Below, piece after piece: positions 52,125 through 59,757 of a stretch of 64,000 nt of DNA. The number at the start of each line of letters is the position of its first letter. Position 1 is the stretch's first letter. The notes beneath the pieces were generated by a model. The model ran no database searches. It was not told the origin of the DNA and worked only from the letters and a program-made list of their open reading frames with translations. Position numbers and translations under genes: made by a program. The stretch spans positions 10,961 to 74,960 of the forward strand of contig JAZQCX010000093.1 in assembly GCA_045546495.1 (NCBI GenBank). The letters run 5' to 3'. Origin of the DNA: Acetatifactor sp. (lineage in GTDB: Bacteria > Bacillota > Clostridia > Lachnospirales > Lachnospiraceae).

Positions 52125-53147
52125 ATGAAGGTTGTAGTTTTAGCAGGTGGAACCAGTACGGAGCGGGATGTGTCCCTTTGCTCCGGCAGCATGATTTATA
52201 AAGCATTGAAGCAGAACGGACATAAGGCAATTTTGCTGGATGTTTACTTAGGCTACGAGGGAAATCCGGAGGGGATTTTTGACAAGGATACCGACTGGGC
52301 GGCAGCAGTAGGCGGGATCAGCGAGGAGAACCCGGATTTGGAAGCCGTGAAAGCAATGCGCAAGGACGGCGGAAAAAGCTTTTTCGGTCCCAATGTACTT
52401 ACTATCTGCGGAGAGGCGGATTGCGTATTTATGGCGCTGCACGGCGCAAACGGTGAGGACGGAAAGATTCAGGCGTGCTTTGAACTGATGGGCATCCCTT
52501 ATACGGGAACGGATTTTGTAAGCTCCGCTATGGCAATGGATAAGGGAATTACAAAGGATATTTTTAAAGCATACAACATTCCTACTCCTGCGGGTATCCG
52601 CTTGAAAAAGGGTGAAACGGAATGCGAAAAGGTTCCCTTCCCCTGTATTGTGAAGGCGTGTTGCGGCGGCTCCAGTGTAGGCGTCTGCATCGCTCATGAC
52701 GAAGCGGAATATGAGGCGGCAAAAGCAGAGGCATTTCTCTATGATGATGAGGTGGTAATCGAGCAGTACATAGACGGCAGAGAGTTTTCTGTTGGCGTTA
52801 TGGACGGAAAGGCATTGCCTGTAATCGAGATTGCACCTAAGGTAGGCTTTTACGATTATAAGAATAAATATCAGGCAGGCAGTACAGTGGAGACCTGTCC
52901 TGCAGATTTGCCTGCGGACAGAACAGAAGCCATGCAGAAGGCGGCGGAGCAGGTATTTGCGGCACTGCGCTTAAAGAGCTATGCCCGCATGGATTTCAGA
53001 ATGAATGCGTCAGGGGATATTTTCTGCCTTGAAGCAAATACGTTGCCAGGAATGACACCTATGTCATTATTGCCGCAGGAGGCAGCAGCGGTAGGAATGG
53101 ACTTTAATGCACTTTGCGAAAGGATTTTGCAGAGGGCGCTAGCTTGA
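52125..53147 (+). CDS. ddl: D-alanine--D-alanine ligase
   Basis: MKVVVLAGGTSTERDVSL N-terminus, ATP-grasp motifs and a C-terminal EANTLPGMT motif. AAGGAGAGG SD. The track start at 52041 is an extension. Confidence 0.92.
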   Translation: MKVVVLAGGTSTERDVSLCSGSMIYKALKQNGHKAILLDVYLGYEGNPEGIFDKDTDWAAAVGGISEENPDLEAVKAMRKDGGKSFFGPNVLTICGEADCVFMALHGANGEDGKIQACFELMGIPYTGTDFVSSAMAMDKGITKDIFKAYNIPTPAGIRLKKGETECEKVPFPCIVKACCGGSSVGVCIAHDEAEYEAAKAEAFLYDDEVVIEQYIDGREFSVGVMDGKALPVIEIAPKVGFYDYKNKYQAGSTVETCPADLPADRTEAMQKAAEQVFAALRLKSYARMDFRMNASGDIFCLEANTLPGMTPMSLLPQEAAAVGMDFNALCERILQRALA

Positions 53148-53169
53148 AAAATCATATGAAATATAGGGT

Positions 53170-53184
53170 GTTCTCGGAATGGAG
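53170..53184 (+). repeat. copy C of the 15-mer GTTCTCGGAATGGAG, overlapping the SD of murF
   Basis: Exact 15-mer. The probable murF start ATG at 53191 lies 6 nt after the GGAG. Confidence 0.9.
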
Positions 53185-53190
53185 CTTAGC

Positions 53191-54726
53191 ATGATGAATT
53201 TGACAATCGGAGAGATTGCAGCAGCCTGTGGCGGCGAGCTTGTGGTTTGCGGTGAACAGAATATCAATGACACTTGTGTCACTTCCTTGGTGATTGATTC
53301 CCGGAAGGCGGAGCAGGGCGGTGCGTTCCTTGCTACGGTGGGCGAGCGGGTAGACGGTCATAAATTTATCAGTCAGGTATTTGCGGCGGGAGCCGTGCTG
53401 GCAGTGACGGAAAAGACACCGGAGCAGGTGCAGCAGGAAACGGGAGTGGATTGCGGCAACTGGGGAAGCTATGTATTGGTGAAGGACAGCTTTCAGGCGT
53501 TGAAGGATATTGCGGAGGCGTATCGAAAGAAGCTTTCCGTGAAAATTGTGGGGATTACCGGAAGCGTGGGTAAAACCAGCACCAAGGAGTTTATTGCCGG
53601 CGTATTAGCGCAGAAGTATAATGTGTTGAAGACGGAAGGCAATTTCAATAATGAGGTAGGTGTACCGCTGACCCTGCTGCGTATTCGCCAGGAACATCAG
53701 GTGGCAGTTGTGGAAATGGGTATCAGTGATTTCGGAGAAATGCATCGTCTGAGTAAAATGGTACGCCCTAATGTTTGTGTGATTACCAATATCGGACAGT
53801 GCCATCTGGAGAACCTGAAAACAAGAGACGGTATTCTACAGGCAAAGTCGGAAATCTTTGACTTTATGGCAGAGGACGGAGAAATCTGTTTGAACGGGGA
53901 TGACGACAAGCTGTGCGGCATCGGTGAAATAAAAGGAAAGAGGCCTCATTTCTTCGGACTGGGAGAAAGCATGGCGAAGTGTGCGGAAGATGAAAAGACC
54001 GGATGTGCGCCAGCAGAGGAAAAACAAAACAAAAATGACAGAGGTGTCAAACTGGAAGTAAAGGCAACGGACATAAAAAGCCGGGGGCTTTTCGGCAGCG
54101 ATGCAACGCTGCTGTATGACTTGAACAAGAAAGGCGTTGCGGTGGGAAAGGTTGAGCCACGCGTTCCCCTCCCCGGAAAGCACATGGTATTAAATGCGGC
54201 GGCGGCAGCCTGTGTTGCGAGGCTGTTTCAGCTGAGTGAGGAACAGATTGCGGCAGGTATCGCAGGGATTCGGCCGGTAAGCGGACGGAATAATCTGATA
54301 CCCTTGGAAAAATATACCCTGATAGACGATTGCTACAACGCAAATCCCGCATCCATGAAAGCGGCTATTGATCTGCTGACGATGGCGGATACGGAGAAGG
54401 TGGCAATTCTGGGAGACATGTTCGAGCTTGGAGAGAATGCCGGAATGCTTCATGGAGAAGTGGGTGCCTACGCGGCGAAGAAAGGGATTGACAGAATCCT
54501 TTTTGTGGGTGAGCTGTCTGAGCAGGGCTTTTTTGCAGCTACCGACTATGCGGAGGAGACGGTACACGCAGTACATTTTCCTACAAGAGAGTCGTTGTTT
54601 TCCTGCCTTGCACAGGAAAGAGAGGAATATATTCCGGATGGAAGCACGGTTTTGATTAAGGCTTCCCACGGAATGAAATTTGACGAGGTGCTGGAGTTTT
54701 TAAAGAAGGAATGTGTAGAAGCATAA
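53191..54726 (+). CDS. murF: UDP-N-acetylmuramoyl-tripeptide--D-alanyl-D-alanine ligase
   Basis: GITGSVGKTSTKE P-loop, Mur-ligase central and C-terminal domains, and the DDCYNANP motif. Carries an insertion of about 60 aa (residues around 250-315). Directly follows ddl. Confidence 0.9.
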   Translation: MMNLTIGEIAAACGGELVVCGEQNINDTCVTSLVIDSRKAEQGGAFLATVGERVDGHKFISQVFAAGAVLAVTEKTPEQVQQETGVDCGNWGSYVLVKDSFQALKDIAEAYRKKLSVKIVGITGSVGKTSTKEFIAGVLAQKYNVLKTEGNFNNEVGVPLTLLRIRQEHQVAVVEMGISDFGEMHRLSKMVRPNVCVITNIGQCHLENLKTRDGILQAKSEIFDFMAEDGEICLNGDDDKLCGIGEIKGKRPHFFGLGESMAKCAEDEKTGCAPAEEKQNKNDRGVKLEVKATDIKSRGLFGSDATLLYDLNKKGVAVGKVEPRVPLPGKHMVLNAAAAACVARLFQLSEEQIAAGIAGIRPVSGRNNLIPLEKYTLIDDCYNANPASMKAAIDLLTMADTEKVAILGDMFELGENAGMLHGEVGAYAAKKGIDRILFVGELSEQGFFAATDYAEETVHAVHFPTRESLFSCLAQEREEYIPDGSTVLIKASHGMKFDEVLEFLKKECVEA

Positions 54727-54744
54727 TTCCATGGATATAAAGAG

Positions 54745-54797
54745 GGGCTGTCGAACCGACTGAGAAATTTTAGCCGGGTGACAGCCCTTTTTGTTTT
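54745..54797. terminator. stem-loop terminator between convergent murF and plsC
   Basis: gggctgtc (54745-54752) pairs with gacagccc (54780-54787), followed by tttttgtttt on the + strand. Confidence 0.6.
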
Positions 54798-54806
54798 CTG
54801 AAATCC

Positions 54807-55547
54807 TTAGTTGAAGTATTCTTTCTTCAGTGCAAAGTACTCTTCTGAAATGATGTTGCCAACGTAGGTGGCGAGGCTTTTGCGGTTCTCTTTTTCCAGC
54901 TTGTCGATGTAGATAGGCTCACCGAAGGAAATTACAACCTTTGTTTTCTTCACCCGGGGGAACTGGTCCTCGAATACTGCCGCGGAATTTACGATGGTCA
55001 TGGGAATGACGGGAACCTTACCCTTATCGGCGATTTTAAAGCTGCCCTCATGGAAGGGAAGGAAAGTGTCATTTACCTTGTTACGGGTTCCCTCGGGGAA
55101 AATACAAAGGGAAATACCGCTTTTCACCTTTTCAACGCCCTCCAGAATGGTCTTTAGGCCCTCCTTGATATTCTCGCGGTCAAGGAACAGACAGTGGATG
55201 TAGCGCATCCAATCGCGCAGAAGAGGGAATTTATTCATTTCCGCTTTTGCAACATAGCCGGTGAGACCGGGGAACAGCGGGTAGGAAAGAATGATATCAA
55301 AGTAGCTTCTGTGATTACCCACATAAAGAACTGCGGTGTCCTTAGGAATGTTTTCCACTCCTTTTACGATAAGCTTCGTTCCGGCAAGAACGCGGACGCA
55401 ACGGAACGCCCAGCTTACCATAGCCCGGGAAATCCTGTTTTTGGCGTTGGGATTGAATTTCCCCACAATCCAAAGAATGAGTAATACAGGAATAAAAAGT
55501 ATCAGATAAAGCGCCAGATAGAGCAGGCATAGAAAAATACGAATCAT
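54807..55547 (-). CDS. plsC: 1-acyl-sn-glycerol-3-phosphate acyltransferase
   Basis: 246 aa. N-terminal TM segment. Acyltransferase motifs GNHRSYFD (HX4D) and FPEGTR. Confidence 0.85.
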   Translation of the reverse strand: MIRIFLCLLYLALYLILFIPVLLILWIVGKFNPNAKNRISRAMVSWAFRCVRVLAGTKLIVKGVENIPKDTAVLYVGNHRSYFDIILSYPLFPGLTGYVAKAEMNKFPLLRDWMRYIHCLFLDRENIKEGLKTILEGVEKVKSGISLCIFPEGTRNKVNDTFLPFHEGSFKIADKGKVPVIPMTIVNSAAVFEDQFPRVKKTKVVISFGEPIYIDKLEKENRKSLATYVGNIISEEYFALKKEYFN

Positions 55548-55685
55548 AAAATCTCCGTTCCGAAGCAGTGTTTTTGCGAAAGGGCAGACTGCCTCAACAT
55601 AAATTTACTTCCCCTGCATCATAGCATATTTTTCCCAAAGTGTACATAGAATACAGCAAAAAGATGATAAGCGCAGGGAGGAAAA

Positions 55686-56111
55686 ATGAAAGGGAAGCGT
55701 TGGATTGCGTTTTTTGCGGTGGTGCTTATGGGGGTGCTTTGCAGCGTACTGTTTACGGGATGTGCGTTACAAAGTGATGAGACATTGAAACTGCGGGATT
55801 TGGATTTTACGGTGCTGAGTGAGGGGAAAATACCGGATGAGCTGAAGGCAAAGACGGAGGAACTAAAGAGTGCGCCGTTTCAGCTCACTTACAGGGATAA
55901 GGAATATTTATACATATGTGTGGGCTACGGACAGCAGGGAACCGGCGGGTACAGTATTGCGGTAAACGAGCTGTATCTCACGGAGCAGAATATTCATGTG
56001 AATACAAGCCTGTTGGGACCGGGAACGGAAGAGAAGGTGAGTAAAACCCCATCTTATCCGTACATTGTCTTGAAAACAGAGCTTTTGGAGCAGACGGTTA
56101 CATTTGAATAA
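55686..56111 (+). CDS. PrcB_C-domain lipoprotein (protease-complex subunit PrcB-like)
   Basis: 141 aa. Signal peptide with lipobox FTGC. The GYGQQGTGGYSIAVNELY motif resembles the PrcB C-terminal domain. Confidence 0.55.
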   Translation: MKGKRWIAFFAVVLMGVLCSVLFTGCALQSDETLKLRDLDFTVLSEGKIPDELKAKTEELKSAPFQLTYRDKEYLYICVGYGQQGTGGYSIAVNELYLTEQNIHVNTSLLGPGTEEKVSKTPSYPYIVLKTELLEQTVTFE

Positions 56112-56117
56112 AGTGCG

Positions 56118-56155
56118 GCGGCGTATACAACTTGTCTGTATACGTCGCTTTTTTT
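56118..56155 (+). terminator. Rho-independent terminator
   Basis: gcggcgtataca / tgtatacgtcgc 12-bp stem (one G-U), 7-nt loop, then a T7 run. Confidence 0.85.
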
Positions 56156-56202
56156 CGTTCCCTTTTCCCGCGTTATGTGATAAAATACGCGTAAGGAAAA
56201 AC

Positions 56203-56395
56203 AAGCGACTGCGAAGCAGGCATTTGTTTTTCCACGCGATAACGAGCAAAGGGCTGCGAAAGCAGCCGCGAGCGCGAAGCGCGCCTTTGCGAGTTAAGGT
56301 TGCGTAGGGAAAGCGAGCGCGAAGCGCGCCTTTGCGAGTTGAAGATGCGGAAGGAAAGCGACTGCGAAGCGGGCGGAAAGCGCGTCTTTGCGAGG
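56203..56395 (+). repeat. GC- and purine-rich tandem repeat array (about 45-nt period) in the pyrC leader
   Basis: An exact 28-mer, gcgagcgcgaagcgcgcctttgcgagtt, occurs at 56268-56295 and 56313-56340. Degenerate copies start at 56203 and 56356 (aagcgactgcgaagc.gg). The array ends in the pyrC SD GAGGAGGAA. Confidence 0.85.
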
Positions 56396-56403
56396 AGGAA
56401 ATT

Positions 56404-57711
56404 ATGCTACTGATAAAGGGCGGATATATGATAGACCCGAAATCGGGGAAGGAAGGCGTTTATGATATTCTCACAGACGGCGGACGGATTGTAAAAATCG
56501 GTGAAAATCTGGAACTCTCCGGTTCGGAATTCGAAAATTTAAAAAGCTCCGAATCCGGGGAAAATTCGGAATGCCGTGTGCTGGATGCAACGGGGCTTCT
56601 GGTGGTTCCCGGGCTTGTGGACGTACATGTCCATTTCAGAGAGCCGGGCTTTACTCATAAGGAGGATATTGATACCGGCGCGGCGGCAGCAGCGAAGGGT
56701 GGCTTTACCTCCGTTGTACTGATGGCGAATACGAATCCGGCGGTAGATAACGTGGAGACGCTCTCCTATGTGTTGGAGAGAGGGCGTGGTACGGGAATTC
56801 ATGTTTACAGCTGCGCGAACGTGACCATGGGAATGAAGGGACAGGAGCTGACCCCTATGGAGCAACTTGCGGAGGCGGGAGCAGTAGGCTTTACGGATGA
56901 CGGAATTCCGCTGTTAAGCGAGGAAACGGCGCGGGAGGCAATGAAAGTAGCGGCGGCGTTGAATCTACCCGTAAGCTTCCATGAAGAAGACCCGAAATAT
57001 ATTGAGAATAACGGTATTAACCGGGGGAAGGCGAGTGCCCATTACGGGATCGGCGGCTCCTCCAGAGAGGCTGAGATTACCATGGTGGAGCGGGACTTAC
57101 GGCTTGCCTTGGAGACCGGTGCGGAGATAGAAATCCAGCATATCAGTGCCAAGGAAGCGGTAGAGCTGGTGCGTCAGGCGAAGAAAAAGGGCAGCAACAT
57201 CCATGCGGAGGCGACCCCCCATCATTTTACACTGACAGAGGAGGCGGCTATCCGCTACGGCACTCTGGCGAAGATGAATCCCCCTCTTAGAGAGGAAGCT
57301 GACAGGCAGGCGATTATTGCTGGGCTTACGGACGGTACCATTGACATCATTGCAACGGATCACGCGCCGCATGCGGCAGAGGAGAAGGCAAAGCCCATTA
57401 CGGAGGCTCCCAGCGGTATCACGGGATTGGAAACATCTCTGGCACTGGGCATTACAGAGCTTGTGGAAAAGGGACATCTTTCCATGAAGCAGCTTTTGAC
57501 GCTGATGAGTACAAATCCGGCAACGCTGTACGGATTGGATGCAGGCTATCTGGCAGAGGGTGGCCCCGCGGATATGATTCTGGTGGATGCAGCGGCAGAG
57601 TGGACGCCGGAAACCTATGCCTCGAAGTCAGCGAATACACCGTTTACCGGGTGGACGCTAAAGGGTAAGGTGGTAAAGACCATCTGCGACGGTAAGGTAA
57701 TATACGGGTAA
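56404..57711 (+). CDS. pyrC: dihydroorotase
   Basis: LVDVHVHFREPG (HxH), the ATDHAPH motif and an MLLIKGG start behind GAGGAGGAA. The track start at 56332 reads through the repeat array. Confidence 0.9.
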   Translation: MLLIKGGYMIDPKSGKEGVYDILTDGGRIVKIGENLELSGSEFENLKSSESGENSECRVLDATGLLVVPGLVDVHVHFREPGFTHKEDIDTGAAAAAKGGFTSVVLMANTNPAVDNVETLSYVLERGRGTGIHVYSCANVTMGMKGQELTPMEQLAEAGAVGFTDDGIPLLSEETAREAMKVAAALNLPVSFHEEDPKYIENNGINRGKASAHYGIGGSSREAEITMVERDLRLALETGAEIEIQHISAKEAVELVRQAKKKGSNIHAEATPHHFTLTEEAAIRYGTLAKMNPPLREEADRQAIIAGLTDGTIDIIATDHAPHAAEEKAKPITEAPSGITGLETSLALGITELVEKGHLSMKQLLTLMSTNPATLYGLDAGYLAEGGPADMILVDAAAEWTPETYASKSANTPFTGWTLKGKVVKTICDGKVIYG

Positions 57712-57865
57712 GCTACCTTTGCAGGAATCGGTTGTCCCATAGGCTGAACGGGCTACGGACAATCGGATAGTGCTGAAAGAAAGATGCATTTGGAAGTGAA
57801 AGAAAGCGTAGCAGAAGAAACTGCAGAATAATAGAACATAAATACACAAGAAGGAAGGAACGACC

Positions 57866-58636
57866 ATGAAAGAAAAGCAGACAGCATCGGTGCTTTCCCA
57901 GAAAATGCTGGCACCGGGAATTTATGATATGTGGATTGAAACCGGTCTCGCAGGGCAGGCGAAGCCGGGACAGTTTATCTGTATCTATCCCAAGGACAAG
58001 AGTACTCTTTTACCAAGACCAATCAGTATTTGCGAGGTGAAAGAGGACAAGACGGCTCTCCGCGTAGTATATCGTGTTGCAGGTGCAGGAACGACGGAGT
58101 TTTCCGGCTACAAGGCAGGAGATTCCATCGCTGTATTGGGAACTCTCGGAAACGGCTTCCCACTGGAAGCAGGAAAGGGAAAAAAGGTGTTTCTCATGGG
58201 CGGCGGCATTGGCGTACCGCCGATTCTGGAGCTGTCTAAGCAGCTGGAGGCAGAGAAGCAGATTGTGGTAGGATACCGGGATGCCAATACATTCTTGCAG
58301 GATGAATTTGAGAAGAACGGCGCAGTATACGTGGCTACCGAAGACGGTAGCGTGGGCACAAAGGGAAATGTCATGAATGCAATCGAGGCAAACGCCCTTA
58401 CGGCAGATGTGATTTACGCCTGCGGCCCCATGCCTATGCTTCGCGCTATTAAGAAGTACGCTGAGGAGCATCAGATTAAGGCATATATCTCCTTGGAGGA
58501 GCATATGGCCTGCGGAGTGGGTGCATGCCTTGGATGTGTGGTAAAGACGAAGGAAGTTGACCACCATTCCCATGTACACAATGCGCGCATTTGTACGGAC
58601 GGTCCTGTGTTTGACGCAGAGGATGTGGAAATTTAA
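57866..58636 (+). CDS. pyrK: dihydroorotate dehydrogenase B, electron-transfer (FAD/2Fe-2S) subunit
   Basis: 256 aa. RPISI FAD-binding motif, GGGIGVPP, and a C-terminal CGVGACLGCV...C cluster. Confidence 0.9.
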   Translation: MKEKQTASVLSQKMLAPGIYDMWIETGLAGQAKPGQFICIYPKDKSTLLPRPISICEVKEDKTALRVVYRVAGAGTTEFSGYKAGDSIAVLGTLGNGFPLEAGKGKKVFLMGGGIGVPPILELSKQLEAEKQIVVGYRDANTFLQDEFEKNGAVYVATEDGSVGTKGNVMNAIEANALTADVIYACGPMPMLRAIKKYAEEHQIKAYISLEEHMACGVGACLGCVVKTKEVDHHSHVHNARICTDGPVFDAEDVEI

Positions 58637-58686
58637 GGGAGCAACGATATCGGTGGAAAGAAGACCGGCGTTCGCAGAAAAGAGAA

Positions 58687-58750
58687 CTTGAATGTGAAGG
58701 CGGCGCGGGCGGAAAAAAGACTTGAGCGTGAAGGCGGCACGCGGAAGGAC
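58687..58750 (+). repeat. 33-nt tandem repeat in the pyrK-pyrD spacer
   Basis: cttgaatgtgaaggcggcgcgggcggaaaaaaga (58687-58719) is followed by cttgagcgtgaaggcggcacgcggaaggac (58720-58750). Confidence 0.8.
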
Positions 58751-58765
58751 ATGGTGGATAAAAAG

Positions 58766-59674
58766 ATGAATACACAGGTAACAATTGCGGGAGTGACTTT
58801 TAAGAATCCCGTTATGACGGCATCCGGAACCTTTGGCTCCGGTATGGAATATTCGGAATTTGTAGATTTGAATAAGCTGGGCGCGGTAGTGACAAAGGGT
58901 GTGGCAAACGTGCCCTGGCCCGGAAATCCTACGCCCAGAGTGGCAGAGGTTTACGGAGGTATGCTGAATGCAATCGGTTTGCAGAACCCGGGAATCGATG
59001 TTTTCATGGAAAGAGACATTCCCTTTTTGAAGCAGTACGATACCAATATTATTGTAAATGTATGCGGTAAGACCGTTGAGGATTATGTTGAGGTAGTGGA
59101 GCGTCTGGGCGAGGAGCCGGCAGTTTCCATGCTGGAAATCAATGTGTCCTGTCCTAACGTAAAGGAGGGTGCTATCGCTTTCGGACAGAAGGCAGATGCC
59201 CTGTTTGATATTACAAAGGCGATTAAGGCAAAGGCAAAACAGCCCATTGTTATGAAGCTTAGCCCTAATGTGACGGATATTACGGAGATGGCGAGAGCTG
59301 CCGAGGCGGCGGGTGCGGATGCTTTGTCCCTGATTAATACCATCACCGGTATGAAGATTGATATTCACAGACGCAAATTTGCCATCGCCAATAAGACCGG
59401 CGGTATGAGCGGTCCTGCTATCAAGCCGGTTGCTGTACGCATGGTATATCAGACGGCGCATGCGGTGAAGATTCCCATTATCGGTATGGGCGGTATTGCA
59501 ACTGCGGAGGATGCCATCGAGTTTATGCTGGCGGGTGCAAGCGCAGTCAGCGTAGGTGCCATGAATTTTGTAAATCCTTATACCACCGTTGAGGTAGCGG
59601 AGGGAATTGAAGCCTACATGAAGCAGTACGGCATTGAGAATGTAACGGATTTAATCGGTGCGGTAAACGAGTAA
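58766..59674 (+). CDS. pyrD: dihydroorotate dehydrogenase B, catalytic subunit
   Basis: MNTQVTIAGVTFKNPVMTASGTFG N-terminus, with NVSCPN and GGI..AEDA motifs. ATG at 58766 (GGTGGA SD) preferred over the track start at 58688. Confidence 0.9.
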   Translation: MNTQVTIAGVTFKNPVMTASGTFGSGMEYSEFVDLNKLGAVVTKGVANVPWPGNPTPRVAEVYGGMLNAIGLQNPGIDVFMERDIPFLKQYDTNIIVNVCGKTVEDYVEVVERLGEEPAVSMLEINVSCPNVKEGAIAFGQKADALFDITKAIKAKAKQPIVMKLSPNVTDITEMARAAEAAGADALSLINTITGMKIDIHRRKFAIANKTGGMSGPAIKPVAVRMVYQTAHAVKIPIIGMGGIATAEDAIEFMLAGASAVSVGAMNFVNPYTTVEVAEGIEAYMKQYGIENVTDLIGAVNE

Positions 59675-59712
59675 GATGGCGTCACGGAAAGAGATGAATA
59701 AGTAAGCAGATA

Positions 59713-59750
59713 CCTTCATATATATACTTAGACCAGTATATATATGGAGG
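59713..59750 (+). promoter_or_regulatory. 14-bp AT-rich hairpin sequestering the SD of the DUF3794/LysM gene
   Basis: ccttcatatatata (59713-59726) pairs with tatatatatggagg (59737-59750) across a 10-nt loop. The 3' arm contains the GGAGG SD of the GTG start at 59758. Confidence 0.5.
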
Positions 59751-59757
59751 TATTTTT

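Noticed and set aside
56160-56403. A PyrR-type attenuator, and the track's N-terminal extension of pyrC (56332) and ORF 56104..56307
   Set aside because: I found no PyrR binding-loop sequence and no terminator immediately upstream of pyrC. The ORFs read through repetitive DNA (translation such as RLRSGRKARLCEEE). The canonical dihydroorotase N-terminus starts at 56404 behind a strong SD.
21176-58765. Upstream in-frame extensions in the ORF track: 21176 (pth), 31303 (spoVT), 41395 (phosphoesterase), 42595 (aconitase), 44944 (SseB-like), 48623 (LytM), 50834 (lipoprotein), 52041 (ddl), 53179 (murF) and 58688 (pyrD)
   Set aside because: In each case an internal start codon has a properly spaced GGAGG-like SD and gives the canonical family N-terminus or signal peptide. 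The extension has neither.
58010-59461. 483-aa minus-strand ORF spanning pyrK and pyrD
   Set aside because: It crosses two well-supported plus-strand genes and their spacer. The product is Arg/His/Cys/Leu-rich nonsense-like sequence without motifs, which is typical of a shadow ORF.
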